From an uncultured delta proteobacterium (GTDB lineage Bacteria > Myxococcota_A > Polyangia > Haliangiales > Haliangiaceae): a stretch of DNA of 64,000 nt. The translations under genes and the position numbers were made by a program. The notes under the pieces are model-generated. The model saw only the letters and a program-made list of their open reading frames with translations, did not search any database and had not been told where the DNA came from. Position 1 is the stretch's first letter. Each line of letters starts with the position of its first letter. Where the stretch lies: contig CAWKDB010000002.1 in the NCBI GenBank assembly GCA_963848295.1, positions 192,001-256,000 of the forward strand, given 5' to 3'. Below are positions 1 to 12,357 of this stretch, in pieces.

Positions 1-973
1 CATACATGCCGGGCAGCAGCGCGCCGTCGCCGTTCGGCACCTGGATCTCCGTCGTCATCGTATGAAGCTCGGGATCGAGCGAGCCGGCCGAGCGCGTCAC
101 CTTGCCGGGGAAGGTCCGATTCGAGTATTCGCGCGAGGTGACGGTCGCCGGGGTGCCCGGCTGCACGCTCGTCGCCACGGTCTGCGGCATATCGACGAAC
201 ACGCGCACCGGATCGGTCGCGGCGAGCGTATAGATCGGCGTCGCGGTGCTCGCCGTCGTCGTGTCTCCGACGAGCTGGCCGCGCTCGACCGTGCGCGACG
301 TGATCGTGCCGGCGAATGGCGCGGTGATCTTCGCGAACGAGGTCAGCTCGAGGAGCCGCTTCACGTTTGCCTGTTGCGCGACCACGTTCGCCTCGTCCGC
401 GACGATCGTCGCCTGGTCGGCGCCCGCTTGCGCTTGCGCTTGCTCGACCGTGCCCTTCGCGACCAACGACTGGTCGAGCATGACCTGGTTGCGCGCCGCG
501 TTCGAGGTCGAATACGTGGCCTGCGCCTTCGCCTGCTTGACCGCGGCTTCGGCCTGCAGCACTTGCGCGCGCGCCTGAGCGAGCTGCGCATCGACATCGG
601 GGATCTCGATCTCGGCGAGCAGCTGGCCCGCGACGACCTTGTCGCCGATGTCGACGAGCCAGCGCTTCACGTAGCCGGCGGTGTGAGGATAGATCTTCGT
701 CTCTTCGAGCGCGCGCACCGTGCCGGGCAGCTCGAGCGCGCGATCGGTCGCGAGCTGTTTGGGCGTGGTGACCTGGACCTTGATCGACCCGGTCTGGTCG
801 CTGCCAACCGGGGCGAGGGCCGGGTCGTTGCGCCGCACATAGCCGAACGCGAACGCGCCACCGGCCAAGATCACGACGCCGACGAGCAGCTTGAGCTTCG
901 AGCTTTGAGCCGGGGCCGGCAGCTCGAAGTCGAGCTCGTCGGGGGCATCATGAGGTTTGGTCGATTCAGTCAA
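1..973 (-). CDS. Efflux RND transporter periplasmic adaptor (membrane fusion protein), partial; runs off the left edge
   Basis: Manual minus-strand translation: TTG start overlapping the RND stop (TTGACTGA), N-terminal TM helix (LLVGVVILAGGAFAFGY), then LELPGTVRALEETKIYPHTAGYVKRWLVDIGDKVVAGQLLAEI (MFP lipoyl-like motif) and a coiled-coil hairpin. Not in the ORF track because it has no stop in the window. Confidence 0.9.
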   Translation of the reverse strand, partial: MTESTKPHDAPDELDFELPAPAQSSKLKLLVGVVILAGGAFAFGYVRRNDPALAPVGSDQTGSIKVQVTTPKQLATDRALELPGTVRALEETKIYPHTAGYVKRWLVDIGDKVVAGQLLAEIEIPDVDAQLAQARAQVLQAEAAVKQAKAQATYSTSNAARNQVMLDQSLVAKGTVEQAQAQAGADQATIVADEANVVAQQANVKRLLELTSFAKITAPFAGTITSRTVERGQLVGDTTTASTATPIYTLAATDPVRVFVDMPQTVATSVQPGTPATVTSREYSNRTFPGKVTRSAGSLDPELHTMTTEIQVPNGDGALLPGMY

Positions 974-3900
974 GCAGGTCATCCACCTTGCCGCGCGGCG
1001 GAGTACGCCGCAACAAGCTGTACATCACGGGGACAAAAAACAGGGTCGTGACCGTCGCCAATCCCAGCCCGCCGATCACCGCGCGACCGAGCGGTGCGTT
1101 CGCCTCGCCGCCGTCGCCCAAGCCGATCGCCATCGGCACCATGCCGATCACCATCGCGAGCGCGGTCATGATCACCGGCCGCAACCGCGTCATCCCCGAC
1201 GCGAGCGCGGCACTCTGCGCGTTGCGGCCGTGCGCCCGCTGGTCGTTCGCGAACGACACCACGAGGATGCTATTCGACGTCGCCACGCCGACGCACATGA
1301 TCGAACCGATCAGCGCTGGCACGGACAGCGTCGTGCCCGTGAGGAACAAGATCCACACGATGCCGGCGAGCGCGCCCGGCAGGGCCATCAGGATGATGAA
1401 CGGATCGAGCCACGACTGGAAGTTCACGACCATCAGCAGGTACACGAGCACGATCGCGAAGATCAGCCCGTACTGCAGTCCGCCGAACGAGCTGTTCATG
1501 CTCTCGGCCTGCCCCCTGACCGTGATCCGCGTCCCGGGCGGCGCCTTCGCTCGCATGTGCGCGACGACCGCGTCGACGGCGTCCGACACCGATCCCAGGT
1601 CGGCGCCTTCGACGTTCGCCTGGACGTCGTACGTGCGCGAGCTGTGGGTGTCGTGCGTGATGTTCGCCGGACCGCTGGTTCGCGTGATCCCAGCGAGGTT
1701 GCCTATCGTCTGTGGCTTGCCGCCGCCGGTCGAGATCGGCGTGGCCCGCAACGCATCTACCGAGTCGACCTCGTACTGCGGGGTCTGCACCGCGACCAGG
1801 TACTGCGCACCGCGTGGGTCGATCCAGAACGACGGGGCCACGACACCACTCGACGACAGCGAGACCAGCAGATCGCCCGCGACGTCGCGCTCGGACAGCC
1901 CCGCCTGCTGGGCCTCGGTGCGATCGATCGTCACCTTCAATTCGGGGACGTCCGTGACCTGCGCGAGGTGGACGTCGGCGGCACCGTGCACCCTCCCGAC
2001 TCGCGCCTCGAGCTCCCGCGCGAACGCGAGGGTCGCGGGCTCGCTGCCGATCGGTCCGACGACCTGGAGATCGATCGGTGCGGCGATACCGAAGTTCAGG
2101 ACCTGCGTCGAGATATCGGGCGCGAGGAAGAAGAACGTCTCGTGCGGGTACGCCGCGCGCAGCGCCTTGCGCATCGCTTGCCGGTAGTCGGCGGTAGGCG
2201 CGTGGCCGTCCTTGAGCGAGATCAGGATCTGCGCGTCGGCCGACGAGATCAGCGCGCCTTCGCTGAGCGACAGGTTGATTCCCGAGTAAGGCGTTCCGAC
2301 GATATCGAGCATCGTGTCGAGATCGCGCTTCGGGATCACGCCGCGGATCGTTTGTTCGATCGCGGCGATCCGCTTCTCGGTCTCCTCGATCCGTGTGCCC
2401 GGCGCGCCGCGCACGTGGAGCTTGATCAACCCGGCGTCGACCGACGGGAAGAAGTCGCGCCCGACGAGCGGGGTCAGCGTGAGCGAACCGGCGACGAACG
2501 CGGTGAACGTCAAGATCACGAACCCGCGGTGCTGCAACGCCCACGCGAGGTGCCGGCCGTACCAGGTGCGCACGCGATCGAAGTTGCTGTCGAACCAGCG
2601 CGCGAAAGGGTGCGGCCGGTGATGGGCCATCGCTTCGCGGGCGAGCAGATAGCGGACCATCGTCGGCAACAGCGTGCGCGACAGGACGTACGACATCAGC
2701 ATCGCGAACACGACCGCGAGCGCGAGCGGCACGAACAAGTACCGCGACACGCCGGCCAAGAACGCGATCGGCGTGAAGACGATGCAGATCGACAGCGTCG
2801 ACACGAACGCCGGCACCGCGATCTGCTGCGCGCCATCGAGGATCGCGCGCACGAACGGCTTGCGCTGGCCGACGTTGCGGTGAATGTTCTCGATCTCGAC
2901 CGTCGCGTCGTCGACGAGCACGCCGACCGCGAGCGCCAGGCCGCCCAGCGTCATGACGTTCAGCGTCTCGCCGAGTGCATGCAACGCGATGATCGAGAAC
3001 AGGATCGACAGCGGGATCGAGATGATCACGGTCAGCGTCGATCGCCAGCTGCCGAGGAACAGCAGGATCATTAGCCCGGTCAGCACCGCCGCGACGACCG
3101 CCTCCTTGACGACGCCGTTGATCGAATCGCGGACGAACACCGACTGGTCGAACATGGTCTTGACGGTCAGATGTCCTCGGGCCTCGGCCGGCAGGTGATC
3201 GAGCGCGTGCGGCAGGGCGGCCTTGATCCCGTCGGTGACCGCGAGGGTCGACGCGTCGCCGTTCTTCAGGATCGCCATCAGCACCGAGCGCCTGCCCTCG
3301 ACGTGGACCATGTTGGTCTGCGGCGGGTTGCCGTTGCGCACGCTCGCTACGTCCCGCACGTAGACGGTGTGTCCGTTGACCGTCTTGACCGGGAGCGCCG
3401 CGATCTCGTCGAGCGTCTGCGGCGTCGAGTCCATCACGATCGGGAACTCGTTGACCCCGAGCTTCGCGGTCCCCGACGGAAACACCACGTTCTCGAGCCC
3501 GAGCGCGGCCTGCACGTCGCGCGGCGACAACTGCCACGCCTGCAGGCGCTGCGGATCGATGTCGACCATGATCTCGCGCTGCTTGCCGCCGTACGGCCAC
3601 GGGATCTCCGCGCCGGGGACCGTCGCCAGCTCGGCGCGCACGAAGTAGATGCCGTAATCGAACAGCTGCTGCTCGGACAACGTGTCGCTCTCGAGCGCGA
3701 GCATCATCACCGGCACGCTCGTCGCGCTGTAGCGCATGATCAATGGCGGCACCGAGCCGGGTGGCATCGACCGCACCGCGGCCTGCGCGATCGACGTGGT
3801 CTCCGCCACGGCCTCGTCCTCGCTCGCGCCGGGCTGGAGGTAGATCTTGATCACCGCCTTGCCGAACAGCGTCAGGCTCTCCATGTGATCGATGTCGCTG

Positions 3901-4124
3901 ACGATCGTGGTCAGGAACCGCTCGAAGTTCGTCACCACCCGCTGTTCCATGTCCTGGGGCGTCAGGCCGTCGTAGCTGAAGATGACGGTGAGCACCGGGA
4001 TGTTGATGCTCGGGAAGATGTCGGTCGGCGTCTTCTTGATCGAGTAGCCGCCGCCGAGCGCGATCAGCATCGCCATCACGACGAACGTGTAAGGGCGGCG
4101 CAGCGCTAGCCGTACGATCCACAT
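966..4124 (-). CDS. Efflux RND transporter permease subunit (AcrB/AcrD/AcrF-type)
   Basis: 1052 aa; MWIVRLALRRPYTF, GVLVDDATVEIENI (TM4 DD pair), RLRPVIMTALAM, PLGRAVIGGL. Confidence 0.96.
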   Translation of the reverse strand: MWIVRLALRRPYTFVVMAMLIALGGGYSIKKTPTDIFPSINIPVLTVIFSYDGLTPQDMEQRVVTNFERFLTTIVSDIDHMESLTLFGKAVIKIYLQPGASEDEAVAETTSIAQAAVRSMPPGSVPPLIMRYSATSVPVMMLALESDTLSEQQLFDYGIYFVRAELATVPGAEIPWPYGGKQREIMVDIDPQRLQAWQLSPRDVQAALGLENVVFPSGTAKLGVNEFPIVMDSTPQTLDEIAALPVKTVNGHTVYVRDVASVRNGNPPQTNMVHVEGRRSVLMAILKNGDASTLAVTDGIKAALPHALDHLPAEARGHLTVKTMFDQSVFVRDSINGVVKEAVVAAVLTGLMILLFLGSWRSTLTVIISIPLSILFSIIALHALGETLNVMTLGGLALAVGVLVDDATVEIENIHRNVGQRKPFVRAILDGAQQIAVPAFVSTLSICIVFTPIAFLAGVSRYLFVPLALAVVFAMLMSYVLSRTLLPTMVRYLLAREAMAHHRPHPFARWFDSNFDRVRTWYGRHLAWALQHRGFVILTFTAFVAGSLTLTPLVGRDFFPSVDAGLIKLHVRGAPGTRIEETEKRIAAIEQTIRGVIPKRDLDTMLDIVGTPYSGINLSLSEGALISSADAQILISLKDGHAPTADYRQAMRKALRAAYPHETFFFLAPDISTQVLNFGIAAPIDLQVVGPIGSEPATLAFARELEARVGRVHGAADVHLAQVTDVPELKVTIDRTEAQQAGLSERDVAGDLLVSLSSSGVVAPSFWIDPRGAQYLVAVQTPQYEVDSVDALRATPISTGGGKPQTIGNLAGITRTSGPANITHDTHSSRTYDVQANVEGADLGSVSDAVDAVVAHMRAKAPPGTRITVRGQAESMNSSFGGLQYGLIFAIVLVYLLMVVNFQSWLDPFIILMALPGALAGIVWILFLTGTTLSVPALIGSIMCVGVATSNSILVVSFANDQRAHGRNAQSAALASGMTRLRPVIMTALAMVIGMVPMAIGLGDGGEANAPLGRAVIGGLGLATVTTLFFVPVMYSLLRRTPPRGKVDDLLD

Positions 4125-4215
4125 CGATGCGGGTCCAGTGTGCCCGTCTTGCCGCGGCTGTCCAGGGTCAGCCGCCGGGTCAACAGTTGTTCACGTATCG
4201 ATGTTGTTCGAAGCG

Positions 4216-5505
4216 TTACAGTGTCGGGGCGAGTCCGCGGGCCAATGCCAGCAGCTGTGCTGGAACATTGAGCGAGGGATCAACGATCACGGCGTCGAGC
4301 AGCGCCCCCAGCAGCTTGCCGATGGCGGGTCCGGGCCCGAGCGCGAGCTCCGCCATCAGGGTCTTGCCGTCGATCGCGAGGTCGGCGACCGCCAGGGGGA
4401 CGTTGGCCGCGAGCGCACGCTCCGAGTTGGCAACCAGCGGATTCGCGGGTGCTTCGGCTCGCCATAGGGCAATCGCAGCCGCGCGCTTGTCCTGATCGAT
4501 CTGGGAGAGCAGTCGACGAGCTTCCTCGTCCGTCCAGCTCCCCGCAACGACGCTACTCGACACGCTCGCCAGCACTGCGGCGGTTCTCGCCTCGTGCGCG
4601 CTCAGCTTCCACATCGACGCGAGCTTCGTCACCTCGCGAAAGCACGCCGTGTCGAGCCGGCGGGGATCTGCGCCCGGCGTCGCGAGTGGGGAACAGAACG
4701 CTCCGAGCCGCGTGTCCATGCTCGGGCTCCGGTCGATCACGTCTAGCCAGCGAGCCTCGTCCTCGCCAACGAGACGCGCTCCAATCTCTGCAAACACCGT
4801 GTCCACGATGCCGGTGCGCAACGCGGGCGCGAGTGCTCGCGACGGCTGGCGCGCCGCGAGGATCTTGCGCAGCTCGTCGGCAACACGCTCGCGCGACACC
4901 TTCGCGAGCGACGGCAGCGCGAGCGCGATCGCGGCCTCGGTCGCCGGCTCGAGCGTGAACTCGAGCTGCGCCGCGAATCGCACCGCGCGCATCACGCGCA
5001 AGCCGTCTTCGGTGAAGCGCGCGACCGGATCGCCGACCGCGCGCAGCACGCGGTTCGCGACGTCGTCGCGCCCGCCGAACGGATCGACGAGCTCACCGTT
5101 CTCGACGTCATAGGCGATCGCGTTGACGACCAAGTCTCGCCGCGCGAGATCCTCGATCAGCGGCACGCCGAACACGACCGAGTCCGGCCGGCGCGCGTCG
5201 GTGTAGGCACCCTCGCCGCGAAACGTCGTGACCTCGACGTGGCTGTGGACGCCTTTGCCGGTCACCACCGTCACCGTGCCGTGCTGGATCCCGGTCGGAA
5301 TGACGTGGCGAAATAGCGGCGTAACCTGGTCCGGCGTCGCCGAGGTCGCGACGTCCCAATCGCCGGGCGCGCGTCCGAGCAGCGCGTCGCGCACCGCACC
5401 GCCGACGGTGACCGCTTGAAACCCGGCCTGCGCGAGCGTCCTGCATACCGCGCGAACATTCGCCGGCACCGCGGCTGCGAGGCGTGCGAGCGCGTCGTCT
5501 GCCAT
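4216..5505 (-). CDS. cca: CCA tRNA nucleotidyltransferase / poly(A) polymerase family
   Basis: VGGAVRDALLG, DWDVAT, EVTTFR, DLARRDLVVNAIA, RFTEDGLRVMRAVRF, SRERVADEL. Confidence 0.88.
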   Translation of the reverse strand: MADDALARLAAAVPANVRAVCRTLAQAGFQAVTVGGAVRDALLGRAPGDWDVATSATPDQVTPLFRHVIPTGIQHGTVTVVTGKGVHSHVEVTTFRGEGAYTDARRPDSVVFGVPLIEDLARRDLVVNAIAYDVENGELVDPFGGRDDVANRVLRAVGDPVARFTEDGLRVMRAVRFAAQLEFTLEPATEAAIALALPSLAKVSRERVADELRKILAARQPSRALAPALRTGIVDTVFAEIGARLVGEDEARWLDVIDRSPSMDTRLGAFCSPLATPGADPRRLDTACFREVTKLASMWKLSAHEARTAAVLASVSSSVVAGSWTDEEARRLLSQIDQDKRAAAIALWRAEAPANPLVANSERALAANVPLAVADLAIDGKTLMAELALGPGPAIGKLLGALLDAVIVDPSLNVPAQLLALARGLAPTL

Positions 5506-5517
5506 GCGTCCGCTCGA

Positions 5518-8229
<2,712 letters not shown>

Positions 8230-8320
8230 CGAAGGCAATCGTATCAGATCACACGTCCTATCACCGCGGCCGTTCGCCACGAGACAGCAGTGGCGTGGCC
8301 GGTGTATCGTATCTCTCGGG

Positions 8321-8743
8321 ATGAGTCGTTTCGGCGCGTTCATCGCGTTCGCCGGCCTGCTGGCGCTCGCCGGGTGTCCTACCGTCGACCTCGGCGACAC
8401 GCCCGAGAACCTCGGCGTGTGCAACCCCCCCGGGGGGGAGCAGTACTTCGAGGACATGATCTGGCCGAACTACATGAACGTGCCGGGCACGATCCCGCCG
8501 GACCACAAGTGCACCGACTCCGGCTGCCACGACCTCGGCGGCTCGGTCATGCGCATGACGGTGGACCCACCCGACTACCAGGCGAACTATACGATCGTCC
8601 AAGCCGAGCTGAACTGTTCCGATCCGGAGGCAAGCAAGTTCCTGACGTGGCCACTCGCGGGTATCGACGCGCATGGCGGCGGCGACATCTTCAACGTCGG
8701 CGACCCGCAGTACGAAGTGTTCGAGGCATGGTTCGCTCCCTAG
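8321..8743 (+). CDS. Lipoprotein with putative atypical heme-c motif (CX4CH)
   Basis: Lipobox LAGC; KCTDSGCHD; downstream HGGG as a possible distal ligand. Confidence 0.7.
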   Translation: MSRFGAFIAFAGLLALAGCPTVDLGDTPENLGVCNPPGGEQYFEDMIWPNYMNVPGTIPPDHKCTDSGCHDLGGSVMRMTVDPPDYQANYTIVQAELNCSDPEASKFLTWPLAGIDAHGGGDIFNVGDPQYEVFEAWFAP

Positions 8744-9504
8744 TAAAGCACTCCGCCGCGGCGCTGGTTCTGTGTCTCGCCGCGAGCTCGGCGAGTGCGG
8801 ATGCGTACCTGCGCGTCATCGCGCAAAAGGCGTCGGTGCGCAGCGGCCCGAGCGCGAGCTACCGCGAAGTCTACGTCGCGGAGCGCGGCCAGGTGTTCCA
8901 GGTGGTCGAGCGCGGGACGAGCAACTACTGGTTCAAGATCGAGCTCGACGACGGCACGACCGGTTGGATCCTCGGCGACGTCGTATATCCGTTCGAAGCG
9001 GGCGAAGGCGAAGAGTCGCCGGGCGCGTTCACGCTGATGGGGCGCGCGATCCGCGGCGCGGTGCTCGGCCCCTCGCCGGTGCAATTCGCGCACGCCGGCA
9101 TGTCGTTCTCGGCGGGCGTGATCGACCACGAGGGCGTGTTCATGCTGCGACCGTCGTGGCTGATCGATCCGTACTGGGCGGTCGAAGGCTTCGCGGGGCT
9201 GTCGCCGCGCTCGACCACCGACGTCTATTACGGCGGCCTCGGGTTCACGCTCCGGATGATTCCAGGCGCGGTGATCGGGCCGTACGCGAACCTCGGGCTG
9301 GGCGCGGCGCATGTCTCGCCGAAAGCCGACAACTACGTCGATCCGCAGGAGACGCTGATGGCGCTGGTCGCCGGCGGCGGCTTGGAGATCACGCTGAAGA
9401 AACAGATCACGGTCCGGCTCGACGTTCGCAACTGGACGATCTTCAACCAGAACAAGTCGAGCCTCGGCCAGGAGTACACCGGCGGCTTGGCGGTCTTTTT
9501 CTAG
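8728..9504 (+). CDS. SH3-domain protein with C-terminal outer-membrane beta-barrel
   Basis: Signal peptide; ASVRSGPSASY...WFKIELDDGTTGWI (SH3b); amphipathic strands PYANLGLGA, VAGGGLEI, ending GLAVFF. Confidence 0.8.
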   Translation: MVRSLVKHSAAALVLCLAASSASADAYLRVIAQKASVRSGPSASYREVYVAERGQVFQVVERGTSNYWFKIELDDGTTGWILGDVVYPFEAGEGEESPGAFTLMGRAIRGAVLGPSPVQFAHAGMSFSAGVIDHEGVFMLRPSWLIDPYWAVEGFAGLSPRSTTDVYYGGLGFTLRMIPGAVIGPYANLGLGAAHVSPKADNYVDPQETLMALVAGGGLEITLKKQITVRLDVRNWTIFNQNKSSLGQEYTGGLAVFF

Positions 9505-9512
9505 GAGTCACC

Positions 9513-9737
9513 ATGCGGGCAATCATCAGCGCTCTCGCAATCGCCATCGTGGCTTCGCTCGCGACCGGCTGCGGTCGTACCGCGGTGCGGGCCTCGGAGA
9601 AGGCGTTCCTCGCGGATCAGGTGATGATCTTCGCCGCCGATCCGCAAGAGGCGGCGTCCGACGACCACATCAAGTCGGAGCGCGAAGGCGCGGCCGGCGG
9701 TAACGGCGCCAAGGGCGGAGGGTGCGGTTGCAACTAG
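9513..9737 (+). CDS. DUF4266-family small lipoprotein
   Basis: AGGAG RBS; lipobox ATGC; EKAFLADQVMIF...REGAAGG...GGGCGCN C-terminus typical of the family. Confidence 0.85.
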   Translation: MRAIISALAIAIVASLATGCGRTAVRASEKAFLADQVMIFAADPQEAASDDHIKSEREGAAGGNGAKGGGCGCN

Positions 9738-10993
9738 GCCGCATAGGACTGATCGCACTCGTCGCGGGCGTGCCGGTCGGGGTGGCGACCCCGGCGCGCG
9801 CCGACGATACCGCCGAGGCGTCGACGTCGGTGTTCGCGGAGAAGCGCGACGGCGGCAAGGGCGGTCTCACCGTGGTGCATCCGCAGCTCGACCTCGGCGT
9901 CGATCTCGGCCGCTATGTCACGCTCGCCGCCGGCTACTCGGCCGACGCGGTCAGCGGCGCGACCGCGACCACGTACTCGGTCGATGCAGTGTCGACCGCG
10001 ACGAAGTTCTCCGACTTCCGCCAGGAGGGTGACGTCGGCCTCGGCTTCCAGGGGCGGCGGTCGAAGCTGTCGTTCAACACGAGCTACAGCACCGAGCGCG
10101 ATTACCTGTCGCGTTCGATCGGCGGGGCGGCGTCGATCGACCTCGCCGGCCGCAACACGACGATGGCCCTCGCCTACTCGCATAGCTGGGACACGGTCTG
10201 CGACAAGGACAACGGGATGGCTACCCCACTCGATAGCCGCGCGCTGGTCGGCTCCGACCCGTGCATGAAGTCCGGGATCTCGGGCAAGGACGACCCGGGC
10301 ATCACGATCTGGAAGCCGCTGTCCATCGACACGGCGCAGGTGACACTGACCCAGAACCTGTCGCCGACGCTGAACATGCAGATCGCCGGTTACGGCCAGG
10401 TCCTCGACGGCTTCCAATCAAATCCGTACCGCAGCGTCGATGTCGGCGGCGTCAACGCGCAGGAGTACATCCCGAACGTGCGCGCGCGCTGGTCGGTCAC
10501 GGCGCGGGTCAACCGTTACCTGCCGAAGCTGCACGGCGCCGTCCACTTCGGCGCGCGGTTCTACGACGACACCTGGCACGTGATCGGCGGCGACGTCGAG
10601 CTCGCGTACTCGCAATATATCGGCAACAGCTTGCTCCTGCGCATCCACGCGCGGGTCTATCAGCAGACCTCCGCGGCGTTCTTCAAAGACGCGTTCTACT
10701 ACCTGACGCAATCGACCGCGGGCGCCTACTACACCGGCGACCGCGAGCTGTCGCCGGTGCGCAACGCGATGGTCGGGGCCAAGCTGACGTTGATCTCGCT
10801 CGGCGGCGACAAGAAGGTCTGGCACCTGTTCGACAAGCTCCAGCTCAACCTGAAGGGCGACGTGCTGTTCCTCGACAACCTCGCGGCCGACGACACCACG
10901 ATGAACACCGCGGGCATCGGCCAGCAGTTCATCTACGGCAACAGCATCGTCGATGCGGTGGTGCTCCAGCTGGGCCTCCTTGCCAACTACTAG
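9722..10993 (+). CDS. DUF3570-family outer-membrane beta-barrel-like protein
   Basis: Overlaps the DUF4266 3' end (MRLQL start); YSADAVSGAT, STERDYLS, GFQSNPYR, RFYDDTW, YTGDRELS. Confidence 0.82.
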   Translation: MRLQLGRIGLIALVAGVPVGVATPARADDTAEASTSVFAEKRDGGKGGLTVVHPQLDLGVDLGRYVTLAAGYSADAVSGATATTYSVDAVSTATKFSDFRQEGDVGLGFQGRRSKLSFNTSYSTERDYLSRSIGGAASIDLAGRNTTMALAYSHSWDTVCDKDNGMATPLDSRALVGSDPCMKSGISGKDDPGITIWKPLSIDTAQVTLTQNLSPTLNMQIAGYGQVLDGFQSNPYRSVDVGGVNAQEYIPNVRARWSVTARVNRYLPKLHGAVHFGARFYDDTWHVIGGDVELAYSQYIGNSLLLRIHARVYQQTSAAFFKDAFYYLTQSTAGAYYTGDRELSPVRNAMVGAKLTLISLGGDKKVWHLFDKLQLNLKGDVLFLDNLAADDTTMNTAGIGQQFIYGNSIVDAVVLQLGLLANY

Positions 10994-11066
10994 CGTTGGT
11001 TGCCCCGCAAACGAGGGCCTCGGCCTGGCCTCGGGCCAGAAATGTCCGCGTTTCAGACGAACCAGG

Positions 11067-11072
11067 TATAAT
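11067..11072 (+). promoter_or_regulatory. -10 box TATAAT, 6 nt before the GTG start (probable leaderless promoter)
   Basis: GGTATAATTAACGCGTG; perfect hexamer in a GC-rich background with no SD sequence. Confidence 0.6.
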
Positions 11073-11078
11073 TAACGC

Positions 11079-12320
11079 GTGTACCGCTACGGGGATGGCA
11101 CACCGTTTCCACTCGATGAGAACTTCATCGACACGTTGACCCTTGCGGTCGAGGCCTGCACGAACGCGTTCTTGCCGGTCTCTGACCTCGATGCACGCCG
11201 CGATCGCGCGCGCGGCGGCCACTCCGAGGCCGAAAAAGAGCTGTCGCGCATCACCGAGCTCGAGAAGTCGGTCGGCGGAGCACTGGCGCTCTACCTCGTT
11301 CCCGACAAGAAGGCCGGCCAGATCCAGCCGATCGCCCAGAAGATCATGCAGGCGTCGAAGGGCGCGATCACGGCTGCGCGATCGCAGGTCGAGGCGCGCC
11401 TGCAAGCGCTCGACGCGCAGGCGTCGGCGCGTACCGCATCGGACGCGGTGCTCGCGGCGCTTCGCCCGTTCTTCGACGCGCAACAACTGCCGAAGGCGCA
11501 GTGGATCATGTCGTGGGACGTCCGGGTCGAGCCGCAAGCCGATGCGGTCGCGACGTCGGGCAAGCTGTCGGCCGCGTTCCGGCTCAACATCGATCAGTGG
11601 CGCCAGCCGGTGCGCGTCGATCAGCTGAGCGAAGGCGTGGTCGTCCACATGATGAAGAAGGGCCTGCTCGGCAAAGCGAAGCCGGCCCCGGTCGACCTCG
11701 GCAAGTACGTCATGGTCGCGTTCGAGCGCAACGCCCGCGAGGCGGTGATGACGCTGCGCGAGAACCCGAACAAGGCCTCCGGTGGCTTGCGCTTCGCGGT
11801 CGCCGAGCAGAGCGCGACGTGGCAGTCGCTGACGCCGAGCGGCGACGCCGAGACCGAGCCGAACCCGCTCGACCTGGAAGACATCGCGGGCATCCGCCGG
11901 CTCGGCGAAGCGACCGCCGCCGCGCTCAAAGATCTCGTCAACAACCGCACGCTCACCGATCTGACGCTCGGCAATCAAGTGCTCGCAGACCTCGCCGAGC
12001 CGCGCGCGGTGCCGATGGAGGTGCTGCAGCAGCTCACGCCGCTCGCACGCACGATCCGCGAGCGCAGCCGGATGTCCGGCGAGCTCGTGCTCAAGAAGGA
12101 TCTCGGCGGTGGCCGGCGTGAAGAGCTGTTCGTGCCGCGCTCGCAGCTCGCCCAGCAGTTCGCGCGGCTGCCGCCGGAGTACCGCAAGCCATTCGAGGAG
12201 ATGGGGATCACGAGCGAGGACACCCAGCCCGCGATCGTGATCGGACGCCCGCCCGCGAAGTCGCCACCGCCGCCGCCCGGCGCGCTCGGCGAAGACGCGC
12301 CGACCAAAGTCACGAAGTAG
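11079..12320 (+). CDS. Hypothetical protein with N-terminal coiled coil and Pro-rich tail
   Basis: 413-aa ORF with strong GC3 codon bias; MYRYGDGTPFPLDENFIDTL. Confidence 0.8.
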   Translation: MYRYGDGTPFPLDENFIDTLTLAVEACTNAFLPVSDLDARRDRARGGHSEAEKELSRITELEKSVGGALALYLVPDKKAGQIQPIAQKIMQASKGAITAARSQVEARLQALDAQASARTASDAVLAALRPFFDAQQLPKAQWIMSWDVRVEPQADAVATSGKLSAAFRLNIDQWRQPVRVDQLSEGVVVHMMKKGLLGKAKPAPVDLGKYVMVAFERNAREAVMTLRENPNKASGGLRFAVAEQSATWQSLTPSGDAETEPNPLDLEDIAGIRRLGEATAAALKDLVNNRTLTDLTLGNQVLADLAEPRAVPMEVLQQLTPLARTIRERSRMSGELVLKKDLGGGRREELFVPRSQLAQQFARLPPEYRKPFEEMGITSEDTQPAIVIGRPPAKSPPPPPGALGEDAPTKVTK

Positions 12321-12357
12321 ATCGCTGCGCTGGTTTGTTACCGGCGCGTTCGTTTGG

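Noticed and set aside
62..4109. Long plus-strand ORFs opposite the RND genes, and similar shadow ORFs throughout the window
   Set aside because: Arg/Ala-rich antisense or off-frame ORFs expected in GC-rich DNA; the opposite strand carries the conserved motifs.
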